64,000 nt of DNA, from assembly GCA_010909165.1 (NCBI GenBank), contig VJWM01000068.1:1488001-1552000 (forward strand). The letters are read 5' to 3'. The stretch comes from Anthoceros angustus (lineage: Eukaryota > Plantae > Anthocerotophyta). Positions 24,172 through 35,400 of the stretch are shown piece after piece. The notes under the pieces are model-generated. The model had not been told where the DNA came from and did not search any database. It saw nothing but the letters and a program-made list of their open reading frames with translations. Numbering within the stretch: position 1 is the first letter of the stretch; the number at the start of each line of letters is the position of its first letter. Made by a program: the position numbers and the translations under genes.

Positions 24172-25659
24172 TCAATTACACCTTGCCTGGCCGTAGTCAA
24201 TCCACACACACTGGAAGCGAGTTGGTTGCTGGGCAATTGGGCGACCGTGCAGTTGTTGTTGTTGTTGTTCACGCCAACTAGCGGACTGTGGGTCAAACCC
24301 TGTAGCTATGATTCTGGCGGCGGCAAGTGCCTCATTGACAAATTTCATGAGGGTCTGTTTCAGGCTTCCACACAACGCATTCTTGTCATCCCAGCCCCTA
24401 GGCAATTGCCATTTGCGGTAGCCATAACGGGAGCTACAGACTGTTCAAAAACGTTAACCATGCCATGGCAAACACTGACAAGCAGCCTACAAATGTAACT
24501 ACTCACCCCTCAATAGGTGGAGAAAATTCCTCTATGCCCAAGCCACATGAGGCCCGTGGACGTCTACAACAACCACTGACCCCAGTGACTGAAGTTCGAA
24601 GAGGAAGGCATACCCTGCTGTTCCCATAATGGCACTCCCAGTCCGGCCGCCTATGTAGTGACATGCCCGAACCACCTGCTAGCATGCGTCGAGGATCTGC
24701 AGTGCAGCCTCGTCGTTTACAATGAAGTCGGCGTAGCAAAAGAACTCCTCCGTCTCGTTGTATATGAAGGGGAGTCGACAAAAGTACTCGATGCACTTGG
24801 CCCTGTCCACTACTTTCATCGCTATTTTCAAGGTCCCAACCATCTTGCAGGGGTCACGAATGATATCAGCCATCGCTCGAGCAGGCCCAGTCCACACAAT
24901 CAGCCACTTCTTGTCCCAAGGTGGCCCTATTGTTCGGGTCATCACACTCGTCTCATGATGCGTATGGCGCAGATAGTCCACCTGGGTCTCCAGCTGTGGC
25001 AGGAGGCCGCTTTGTTCTGGCCGATGTGGCATCCCAAGCTGGTATGTTTCTGCTGTGAAAGTGGGGTCCAAATCGATGACCTGCACGTCAAACCTGTGAG
25101 CTAGCAAGAACGGGCAGAACATCAACTTGCTAACCGGTGTGGAGACTTCGACCACCAACGGACGTTCCAACATCGCAGACTCAAGTCGCAGATCCTCCAC
25201 GATGTCAGCGACAAAGGCCCAGCTCCTTGGCTCTCTCAAGCTTGTGCGGCCCGAGGCGGTGGTGGCACGCCACCCACCGGCCTTGGCTATGTATGCTGGA
25301 TGGGTAAATGGCATCTTTATACCAGGCGAAAGCAATTGTGAACCGTCTATCTGTGGTGTCCATCTCCATGGCCTCGCACACACCACAGCACCCAGCGCCC
25401 TCCTCCCACAGCGAAATCTGGCGTCCTCGCCTTGGTCTTGGGCGGGGAACATGATACATATGGAAGGACAGGCACAGTCCCAATGCAGTTGCGGGGATGC
25501 CATGAGGCAGGTTTGGGTTCGCGACCCGATGCCTTGTCCGGCCCGCCGCTTGCTTGGATGACTCGCTTCCTCCTTCCCGTCCTTCCCTCTGCTGTCCAAA
25601 GGGCGCAACTCCAGACGCCTCACCCTCCATTCGAACCCGCCCTGCAGTCGGTGCACCAC
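24172..25659 (-). pseudogene. Spliced gene of unknown function inside the CACTA element, with two premature TAG stops
   Basis: The 326-aa ORF 24679-25659 continues in frame past TAG 24679-24681 and TAG 24532-24534 to a GTGAGT donor at 24506. A 66-bp phase-1 intron (24441-24506, ending TTGAACAG) joins it in frame to ORF 24172-24405. The true start is not determined. Confidence 0.65.
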
Positions 25660-26026
25660 TGCTCGACATCTCGGACATTGTCCTCGCTAACGAGGCTCAC
25701 CCCCCTCCGATACACACTCCCTCCTCTTACTGCGACAACATCGGATACACAGGGATGGGGCGTGAGGATTGTCAGTTGGCGCTGCTTGGCTCGGGAAAAA
25801 CTAGCTTCCGAACACGTCAGTTCATACTAGGATACTCCTCATCTTGTAGCCTCAGTAGACACGAAACCCATCCCGTCCCTTATGCGATTTCCCACTGGGT
25901 TTTTAATAAGCGTGTTTCCCACTGCGGAGAAGGGGTTCGCATCGTCCAGTCGAACCATTCCCGCTTTCCTCCAAGCACCTCGCCACCCGCACTTCGGCGA
26001 CTCCCTCCCCCACTGCGCGGCTGTCC

Positions 26027-26975
26027 ATGGCGGCACCAGTGCTCGACCGGCAAATTCCTACTTTGATCTGCCCTTGTCCAGATTGCGCTCCACATCAAAT
26101 TCATTTGCGTGCCAACATATCCCTCAGGCATGTCCGGTATTGGGATCCGCCTGCGCGTGCGGAGGTCTATTTGACAACCCTTTCCATGTATCTACTATGT
26201 CATTGCTTCTAGTACTTTGCATGCCATTGAGTTGAATGTTGCTACCAACTTGCAGGGACGGCCTCCCCAGTACTATTTGCGGAGGGCCACCATGGCCCAC
26301 CTCGATTCAGATCCACACCTTGACGCTGGCATGCCCATTCATGCAGCGGAGGATGACGCTTGCGATGCTCTTGAACAGGAGGAAGACATGTCCTCACCGG
26401 ACCATTGTTCAGATGCTAGTCCGCCTCCGGATTGGCGACCGGATGCAGAATGTGTTGGAATGCACAACCAGCAAGGTATGGAGAGGTTCAAGGAGTCCCT
26501 TCCGGATGCTTGGCATGCCGCAATGGAGGCAGATGCAGCACAACCCCTTTTTCAGATTGACAGGCGGTATGTAAGCGATCAAACTCGGCTATCCGGGACT
26601 ATTGCTCTACTCAACGCACAAGAGCGGTTCAACATTTCTGACTCTGGGATGTCCGTTATCTTCCACATTATAAGTGTGTTGCTGCTGCCTAAGCCCAACA
26701 GGCTGCCCCGGTCGCGAGGAGAGGCGCGAGATATTATGCTGCAGATCGGGCAGAGGAAGGTGCGCATAGCCTCGTGTGTGAATGACTGCAAGATTTATTG
26801 GGGGGACACGACATCGGATCAAGAATGCTTGCAATGCGAGGAGCCCCGGAATCTGCCTAGGATTGGTCGGCATATTGTTCCCCAGAAGACATTCTGGTAT
26901 TTCCCTCTTGCAGAGCGACTGTTGCGTATGTTCCGGTGCCCCACCATCACAGCGGATATGTCTTGGTGGTGGATT
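26027..26975 (+). mobile_element. CACTA TnpD/Tnp2-type transposase, N-terminal part, 3'-truncated
   Basis: Exon 26027-26164 (MAAPVLDRQIPTLICPCPDC..., transposase-associated domain), intron 26165-26255, exon from 26256 with LLLPKPNRLPRSRGEARDIMLQIG...IASCVNDCKIY...CLQCEEPR...VPQKTFWYFPLAERLLRMFRCP...MSWW. Similarity stops at about 26975. Confidence 0.88.
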
Positions 26976-27723
26976 AGGGAAGAAAGTTGTAGACTTTTTG
27001 TTGATGAATTGAATTATTGCATACTCAATGCATCCTATTTGATAAAGATCAAATGTTCCAAGCAAATTTCCTCTAGCTAATCTGATGAACTATGCTTTGT
27101 ATTTGGATTCAGAGAGAAGACCAAATATAAGGTTACCAATATATACTTCAAGCATATCATGACCAATAGGAGAATTGCTATCAAACTCCTCTGATGATGC
27201 CTCTATGAAGTTTTGTTGTTGCCTTCTTCTTCTCCGAGTCTTCAATTTCCACTTTCTTCCATGTTCGCTAGGATTGCGAGAATCCATGGAGAGCGAACAG
27301 AAGATGGACGCACAAATTGTGCATCCTTTGAGCACTTGATGCTATGCTCGATTGCTGCCCACAATGAAGTCTTCGTGATGCATTGTTGACAACGGAAGAG
27401 ATCTAGAATAGTATTGAGCAGCAGGGAGCATAGAGCTTAAGCATAGAGAGCTACTTGCTCTGATACCATAATGAGAATCAATAGCTCTTAGGCAGAAGAG
27501 ATACAATACAATGAATTGATTAAAGAGTAAAGTACAAGCCTTTATATAGGCTAAGTGGTTAGGTGGTTATAACAATATGTTGTTATAACCGCAGGATGTA
27601 TAACTAATATAACAACTAACTACCTGAGCAACTAAATATGCCAAACACCTAATGCCCTAGGCATAAATTAATATTTAAATCTTAACCTAATGAATGGTGC
27701 CCTAAACTAGATATATTTCATCA
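26976..27723 (-). mobile_element. 5' end of a Ty1/copia element: LTR + tRNA-iMet PBS + decayed gag start
   Basis: GCTCTGATACCA at 27457-27468 is TGGTATCAGAGC on the minus strand. LTR 27469-27723 reads TGATGAAAT...GATTCTCATTA on minus, with TATA-like CCTATATAAAGG. Confidence 0.85.
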
Positions 27724-27949
27724 ATGCCAAAGCCAAAGCATTTCAAGCATATGGCTGCCCTTGGGCTCGGAGTGTTCACTCACCCTCTGTATCGAGTTGA
27801 TATCTACCTTGTTGTCGTGGCGGGCTGTTGATTCTTATTGCCTATAGGGCTCTGGAGCTGCTCGCCTTCTTCTTCCACTCAAAATGATGTATTCATCCGC
27901 CAGTACTCTCAAAGGATGAAGCTACACTATGAAATCTAGGCGTGAGAGG

Positions 27950-30527
27950 TATCGGACATATGGGTCATGTTTTAGGAGGTCATATCTTTTTTTTCTTTTG
28001 TGATTTCTTGGTTGGGTTGTATTGAAGGTTCTAGTCATTTTCGCTTTCTTTTGTGAGGATTTTTGGTTTGTTTTGTTTAGCTTCGTTCTTTTTGGTTTTT
28101 CCTCTTTGTTTTGTTTTCCTTTTTATTTTGGGTTGGGTTGTAGTTGAAGGTTCGGTCTCTTTTAGGATAATTTTGAGGGTTTTTGGTTGTTTTGTCTCTA
28201 GTTTCTTAATTTTTGGGAGGTTATCAATGCTATTTTCCAATTTTTGGGTTGCGTTGTAGGTTCAATCTCTTTTTCAGATTTTGTGAGGGCTTTTGGTTCT
28301 CTTGTTTCTAGCTTCTTTAGGTTCCAATCTCTTTTCGAGGCTTTTGGTTCTCTTGTTTCTAGATTCTTTAGGTTCAATCTCTTATCGGATTTTGTGAGGC
28401 TTTTGGTTCTCTTGTTTCTAACCGTTTTTGGGAGGTTATTTCCTCTTTTGTTTATCTTTTCCTTTGTTATTTTGGGTTGGGTTGTAGAAGGTTGAGTCTC
28501 TTTTGATTTTGTGAGGGCTTTTGGTTGTTTTGTCTTTAGCTTCTTATTTTGGGAGGTTATCATTGTTATTTTTATTTTGGGTTGGGTTGTAGCTAAAGGT
28601 TCCAATCTCTTTTCGGATGTTTGTGGGGCTTTTGGTTCTCTTGTTTCTAGCTTCTTTTTTTGTGAGGTTATTTTGTTATTGTTTTCCTTTTGGGTTGGAT
28701 TGTAGTTGAAGGTCCAATCTCTTTTGATTTTGTGAGGCTTTTGGTTCTCTTGTATCTAGCTTCTTTAGGTTCCAATCTCTTTTTGGATTTTGTGAGGGCT
28801 TTTTGGTTCTCTTGTTTCTAGCTGCTTTAAGTTCCAATCTCTTTTCGGATTTTTGTGAGGGCTTTTTGGTTCTCTTGTTTCTAGTTTCTTTAGGTTCCAA
28901 TCTCTTTTCGGATTTTTGTGAGGGCTTTTTGGTTCTCTTGTTTCTAGCTTCTTATTTTGGGAGGTTATCATTGTTATTTTTATTTTTGGTTGGGTTGTAG
29001 TGAAGGTTCCAATCGGTCTTTAGATTTTGTGAGGTTTTTGATTGTTTTGTTTCTAGCTTCTTTTTGGGAGGTTATTTTGTTATTGTTTTCCTTTTGGGTT
29101 GGATTGTGAAGGTTCAGTCACTTTTGGATTTTTGAGGGCCTTGACCGTTTTTGGTTCTAGTGTCTCTTTTTGGGAGGTTATTTATTTTGCTTTTCTTTTT
29201 TTGTGATTTCTTGGTTGGGTGAAGGTTCTAGTCATTTTCGCTTTCGTGAGGATTTTTGGTTGTTTTGTTTCTAGCTTCGTTCTTTGGGACGTTTTTCCTC
29301 TTTGTTTTGTTTTCCTTTGTTATTTTGGGTTGTAGTGAAGGTTCGGTCTCTTTTCGGATAATTTTGAGGGCTTTTGGTTGTTTTGTCTCTAGTTTCTTAT
29401 TTTGGGAGGTTATCAATGCTATTTTCCAATTTTTGGGTCACCAGCTTTAGGTTCCAATCTCTTTTCGATTTTGTGAGGGCTTTTGGTTCTCTTGTTTCTA
29501 GCTTCTTAGGTTCCAATCTCTTTTGATTTTGTGAGGGCTTTTGGTTCTCTTGTTTCTAGATTCTTTAGGTTCCAATCTCTTTTTGGATTTTCGTGAGGGC
29601 TTTTGGTTCTCTTGTTTCTAGCCTCGCTTTTTGGGAGGTTATTTCTGTTTATCTTTTCCTTTGTTATAGTGAAGGTTGAGTCTCAGATTTTGTGAGGGCT
29701 TTTGGTTGTTTTTGTGTTTAGCTTCGGGAGGTTATCATTGTTATTTTATTTTGGGTTGGGTTGTAGCTAAAGGTTCCAATCTCTCGGATGTTTGTGGGGC
29801 TTTTTGGTTCTCTTGTTTCTCGCTTTGTTTTTGTGAGGTTATTTTGTTATTGTTTTCCTTTTAGGTTGGATTGTAGTTGAAGGTTCCAATCTCTTTTGAT
29901 TTTGTGAGGGCTTTTGGTTCTCTTGTATCTAGCTTCTTTAGGTTCCAATCTCTTTTTGGATTTTGTGAGGGCTTTTGGTTCTCTTGTTTCTAGTCATTTT
30001 AAGTTCCAATCTCGGATTTTGTGAGGGCTTTTTGGTTCTCTTGTTTCTAGCTTCTTTAGGTTCCAATCGGATTTTGTGAGGGCTTTTGGTTCTCTTGTTT
30101 CTAGCTTCTTATTTTGGGAGGTTATCATTGTTATTTTTATTTTTGGTTGGGTTGTAGGTGAAGGTTCCAATCGGTCTTTAGATTTTGTGAGGTTTTTGAT
30201 TGTTTTGTTTCTAGCTTCTTTTTGGGAGGTTATTTTGTTATTGTTTTCCTTTTGGGTTGGATTGTAGTGAAGGTTCCACCACTTTTGGATTTTTGAGGGC
30301 CTTGACCGTTTTTGGTTCTAGTGTCTCTTTTTGGGAGGTTATTTATTTTGCTTTCTTTTGTGATCTTTTGGTTGTTAGTGGATATCTTCCATTGCTTATG
30401 ATCATGAGATATCTCGTGTGGTCCTCGTCTAATCAAAGCAATGGGAGTAGGCAAGAGACTTGGCCTCGAGAGCTTTGCAACTCTCGAGTTTCAGGCCTCG
30501 GAGGCGTCTCTCAACAAGTGCAAGAGC
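27950..30527 (+). repeat. LTR-like segment of array unit 1 (PPT - T/G-rich block - CTCAACA - PBS remnant)
   Basis: Preceded by GTGAGAGG; starts T(G/A)TCGGACATATGGG; ends TCTCTCAACA (30516) followed by AGTGCAAGAGC, compared with canonical AGTGGTATCAGAGC. Other copies: 32567-33950, 35996-37422, 39734-41995, 44600-45989, 47900-50028, 61562-62924. Confidence 0.6.
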
Positions 30528-30541
30528 ACTTGTTTTTTGGT

Positions 30542-31116
30542 CCCATGTTGGATTACATTCCCACACATCTTTTCGAGCAAGCTTTCCCCATAAAAAACAA
30601 GGAGATCCCCTACATGTATATGGCGCCCAAGTCATATCAGGGTCCCCCAAAACGCCGACCTCCCCACCACATGAGGCTCAACGTGCACCACCTCACTTTT
30701 TGCCTGTCAGCAATAACCACAGAGCTTCCCTCCATAAAGATAGGGCTCAACTAAAGTTGGGGCCCCCAAAATCTTTCATGACCACCCACCACCCTCGGCG
30801 CAAACTTTTTGCTCCGCTTTCTTTAGGTTTGTAGAAACCCTTCTAAATAAGCCTTAAGTGGGGCCCCTCGGACCGCCAACCTTGACCCGTGCCCCACCAC
30901 CCCAGAGCAAACTACTTCTCACTTCCATATCGGTAACCATAAATCCCCACCTCCACATGTATAGCGCCCACCTTAAGTCAAGGCCCCTCGTGCCAACCTC
31001 ATATTCCTGGTGCCCCAACACCCCAGTCGCTCTTCTTCTTTCCTTTTGGTTTATCACTTCCCTCAAGAAGTGTCGCTTCCCTCAAAGCGATGTGTCGGAA
31101 TGTAATCCAACATGGG
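30542..31116. repeat. ~575-bp module bounded by inverted repeats (present in every array unit)
   Basis: CCCATGTTGGATTACATTCC at 30542-30561 and its exact reverse complement at 31097-31116, extending imperfectly to about 40 bp. Other copies at about 33975-34547, 37445-38001, 42014-42584, 46011-46554, 50051-50610, and truncated at 62950. Confidence 0.85.
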
Positions 31117-31359
31117 TATGCTCACACACGGAATGGCAATTCAAACTTTAGGAGGCGGGGTAATCTATGCTCTTGAAGAAGAGACGAGGAAGAGCCAAGC
31201 GACTTCCACCCCAACTCGTAGAGATACTAAGGAAGAAGTTGGGACGAAGGTCCTTGTTCTTTGATGACACCAACTCAAGATCTTACACCTTGTGAGAAAT
31301 GATCACCACTAACAACACACAATAGTCGATTGTTTTAAACTAAGCGAGACACTTGAATC

Positions 31360-31840
31360 TTGTGAGTCTAGACTCAAGCATCTCCTTTGAATAAGTCATG
31401 TTTTACCTTAGGGAGGGCTTTAGTAAGCGGTCAGTGCATTAGATCCGTGAGGATGTATTCAAACGGTCGACTTAAAGCGCATCTCGGATGAAATGGTAAT
31501 GAATCTCGATGTCCTTAGTGTGCGGGACTCATGGCGCGCGATTGTTGCGTCCGAGATTGTCGGTATGCGTGTCGGGTCCTCTCCCAAGACTCACGATGCC
31601 GCGGTGGAGCGATAACAGAAGGTTCCACATAACGTATAAAAATATGGTATATGGATTATATAAAATCGGTGGTTACATAGGACTTTGAGCCTCCTTTTGG
31701 CTTTTGGCTTCTATGGATTGAGTATTTGAACTAAGTTTTCTAGCTAGTGACCATGAAGCGACTTCATGTCATCGTAATGACCGTCAAATCGTACCATATG
31801 GTGATGGTATGTGAGTCATTCTTGCACCTTCACGGCTCAT
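31360..31840 (-). pseudogene. Degenerate copia RNase H (minus strand) within the array unit
   Basis: Composite over copies, clearest at 60330-60800 and 34870-35290: SWSLARKLSSNTQSIEAK...DNLG...ARTKDIEIHYHFIRDAL...LEYIPTGSNAADLLTKALPKVKHDLFK. Confidence 0.8.
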
Positions 31841-31879
31841 ACCTCGCCGAGATGACACCGCCACAGCCTTTGTGTCGCA

Positions 31880-32400
31880 CCTTCCACGTCGGTGTAGAGA
31901 TGTCAATGCTCACACTTGGGCACCACCACCTGCTGCTAGCACACTCCCGCCGGCCCACCCTCAGTGAAAACCACGAGGCACGCATGGCTAACCCCTCACC
32001 ATCCCTCCTTCACAATTGTCCCGGGCAAACGGATCCTCTATGAGAGGCGCCTCACGAACCGAGCAAGCGAGTCGCGCTTTCATCCACTAAAGTTGAGTAT
32101 AAGGCCACAGCGGGCGCATGGAAGGAGTTAGAGTGGGAAGGCAACTTTTGGAATGAATCCACTTACCTCAAAGTGCTCCCACTGCTTACAAGCATGTAGG
32201 CTATTGCCCTTTTTCCAATCCTTGGTTTCATGCAAGAACCAAGCACATTGAGCTAAACCACCATTATATCCATGGCGTGTTGAAAGGGGCATTGTGAAAG
32301 TGGAATACATTACAGTCGATGAGAATCTGACTAATATTTGTACAAAGGCTTGCCAAAGCCAAAGCATTTCAAGCATATGCTGCCCTTGGGCTCGGAGTGT
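31880..32400 (+). pseudogene. Degenerate copia RT-end/RNase H (plus strand) within the array unit
   Basis: ALSSTKVEYKA...WKELEWERQLLE...FSNPWFHARTKHIELNHHYIHG...VKVEYI..DEN..NI.TKGLPKPKHFKHMAALGL. Repeated in every unit, e.g. 35400-35820 and 60830-61390. Confidence 0.85.
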
Positions 32401-35400
32401 TCACTCGCCTCGTGTCGAGTTGATATCTACCTTGTTGTCGTGTGGACGTGATTCTTATTGCCTCTAGGGCTCTGGAGCTGCTCGCCTTCTTCCACTCAAA
32501 ATGATGTATTCATCAGCATCGGTACTCTCAAAGGATGAAGCTACTATGAAATCTAGGCGTGAGAGATGTCGGACATATGGGTCATGTTTTAGGAGGTCAT
32601 ATCTTTTCTTTTCTTTGTGATTTCTTGGTTGGGTTGTGGTGAAGGTTCTAGTCATTTTAAGCTTCTTTGTGAGGATTTTGGTTTGTTTTGTTTCTAACCG
32701 TTCTTTGGGACGTTTTTCCTCTTTTGTTTTGTTTTCCTTTGTTATTTTGGGTTGGGTTGTAGTTGAAGGTTCCGGTCTCTTTTCGGATAATTTTGAGGGT
32801 TTTTGGTTGTTTTGTCTCTAGTTTCTTATTTTGGGAGGTTATCAATGCTATTTTCCAATTTTTGGGTTGCGTTGTAGCTTTAGGTTCAATCTCTTTTGAT
32901 TTTGTGAGGGCTTTTGGTTCTCTTGTTTCTAGCTTCTTTAGGTTCAATCTCTTTTGGATTTTCGTGAGGGCTTTTGGTTCTCTTGTTTCTAGATTCTTTA
33001 GGTTCCAATCTCTTTCATTTTGTGAGGCTTTTGGTTCTCTTGTTTCTAACTTCTTTTGGGAGTTATTTCCTCTTTTGTTTTCTTTTCCTTTATTTTTTTG
33101 GGTTGTAGCTGAAGGTTCGAGTCTCTTTTGATTTTGTGAGGGCTTTTGGTTGTTTTTGTGTTTAGCTTCTTATTTTGGGAGGTTATCATTGTTATTTTTT
33201 TGGGTTGGGTTGTAGCTAAAGGTTCCAATCTCTTTTGGATGTTTGTGGGGGCTTTTGGTTCTCTTGTTTTTTTTTTTTTTGTGAGGTTATTTTGTTATTG
33301 TTTTCCTTTTGGGTTGGATTGTAGGAAGGTCCAATCTCTTTTGATTTTGTGAGGGCTTTTGGTTCTCTTGTATCTAGCTTCTTTAGGTTCCAATCTCTTT
33401 TGGATTTTTGTGAGGGCTTTTGGTTCTCTTGTTTCTAGGCTTTAAGTTCCAATCTCTTTTCGGATTTTTGTGAGGGCTTTTGGTTCTCTTGTTTCTAGCT
33501 TCTTTAGGTTCCAATCTCTTTTGATTTTGTGAGGCTTTTGGTTCTCTTGTTTCTAACTTCTTATTTTGGGAGGTTATCATTGTTATTTTTTATTTTTGGT
33601 TGGATTGTATAGGTTCCAATCGGTCTTTAGATTTTGTGGTTTTTGATTGTTTTGTTTCTAGCTTCTTTTGGGAGGTTATTTTGTTATTTTTTTTTCCTTT
33701 TAGGTTGGATTGTAATGAAGGTTCGAGTCTCTTTTGGATTTTTGAGGGCTTTTGGTTCTAGTGTCTCTTTTGGGAGGTTATTTATTTTGCTTTTTCTTTG
33801 TGATCTTTTGGTTGTTAGTGGATATCTTCCATTGCTTATGATCATGAGATATCTCGTGTGGTCCTCGTCTCATCAAAGCAATGGAGTAGGCAGACTTGGC
33901 CTCGAGAGCTTTGCAACTCTCGAGTTTCGGGACATCGGCGTCTCTCAACAAGTGCAAGAGCACTTGTTTTTGATCCCATGTTGGATTACATTCCACACAT
34001 CTTTTGAGCAAGCTTTCCCGTAAAAACAAGGAGATCCCTACATGTATATAGCGCCCAAGTCATATGGGGTCCCCAAAGCGCCGACCTCCCACCACATGAG
34101 GCTCAGCACACCTCACTTTTGCACATCGGCAATAACCACAGGCTTCCCTCCATAAAGATAGGGCTCAACTAAAGTTGGGGCCCCACATACCAAGCTCATG
34201 ACCACGTGCCCCACCACCCTCGGCGCAAACTTTTGCTCCGCTTTCTTTTGGGTTGTAGAAACCCTTCTAAATAACGCCTTAAGTGGGGCCCCTCGGACCG
34301 CCAACCTTGACCCACAGTGCCCCACCACCCGAGCAAACTACTTCTCACCACTTATATGTTGGTAACCATAAATCCCCACCTCCACATGTATAGCGCCCAC
34401 CTTAAGTCAAGGCCCCTCGAGCGCCAACCTCATATTCTGGTGCCCCAACACCCCAGTCGCTCTTCTCCTTTGCTTTCCTTTTGGTTTATCACTTCCCTCA
34501 AGAAGTGTCGCTTCCCTCAAAGCGATGTGAATGTAATCCAACATGGGTATGCTCACACAGAATGGCAATTTCAAACTATAGGAGAGCGGTAATCTATGCT
34601 CACGAGAAAGACATTGAGGAAGAGCCAAAGCACGACTTCCACCCCAACTCTTAGAGATACTAAGGAGAAGAAGTTGGGAGAAGGTCCTTGTTCTTTGATG
34701 ACACCAACTCAAGATCGACACCTTGTAGCAGAAATGATCACCACTAACAACACACAATTGTCGATTACATTAAAACTGCAGACACTTGAATGTTGTGTCT
34801 AAGACTCAAGCATCTCCTTTGAATAAGTCATGTTTTTACCTTAGGAGGGCTTTAGTAAGCGGTTTTGCATTAGATCCGTAGGGATGTATTCAAAACGGAT
34901 AAAGACGCATCTCGGATGAAATGGTAATGAATCTCGATGTCCTTAATGCGTGCACCGGGACTCATGGCGCGCATTGTTGCGTCGAGATTGTATGTGCGTG
35001 TCGGGGTCCTCTCCAAGACTCGATGCCGCGTGGAGCGATAACAGAAGGTTCCACATAGCATTATAAAAATATGGTATATGGATTATATAAAATCGTCGGT
35101 TAGGACTTTGAGCCTCCTTTGGCTTTTGGCTTCTATGGATTGAGTATTTGAACTAAGTTTTCTAGCTAGTGACCATGAAGCGGCTGTCATCGTAATGACT
35201 TCCATTCCATATGGTGATGGTATGTGAGTCATTCTTGCACCTTCACCAGGCTCATACCTCGCGGGGGCATGACACCAGCAGCTGTATCGCACCTTCCACG
35301 TCGATTATCACGAAGCCGGTCGTCAATGCTCTGCCCGGGCACCACCGGCCTGCACAGCGCTCAGGCACTTGTTGACGACAACCTCGCGATGAAAACACGA

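Noticed and set aside
27950-30516. Telomere-derived origin of the T/G-rich block
   Set aside because: TTTTGGG and TTTAGG words occur, but there is no run of TTTAGGG or any other fixed telomeric unit.
30542-31116. IR module as a classical MITE or solo LTR
   Set aside because: The flanks (TTTGGT / TATGCT) show no direct target duplication of 2-9 bp; kept as an unexplained structure instead.
31735-31749. CACTA-TIR-like TTTTCTAGCTAGTG in every array unit
   Set aside because: It lies inside the minus-strand RNase H frame (W-S-L-A-R-K, the SWxSRKQ motif) and has no subterminal repeats; best explained as coincidence.
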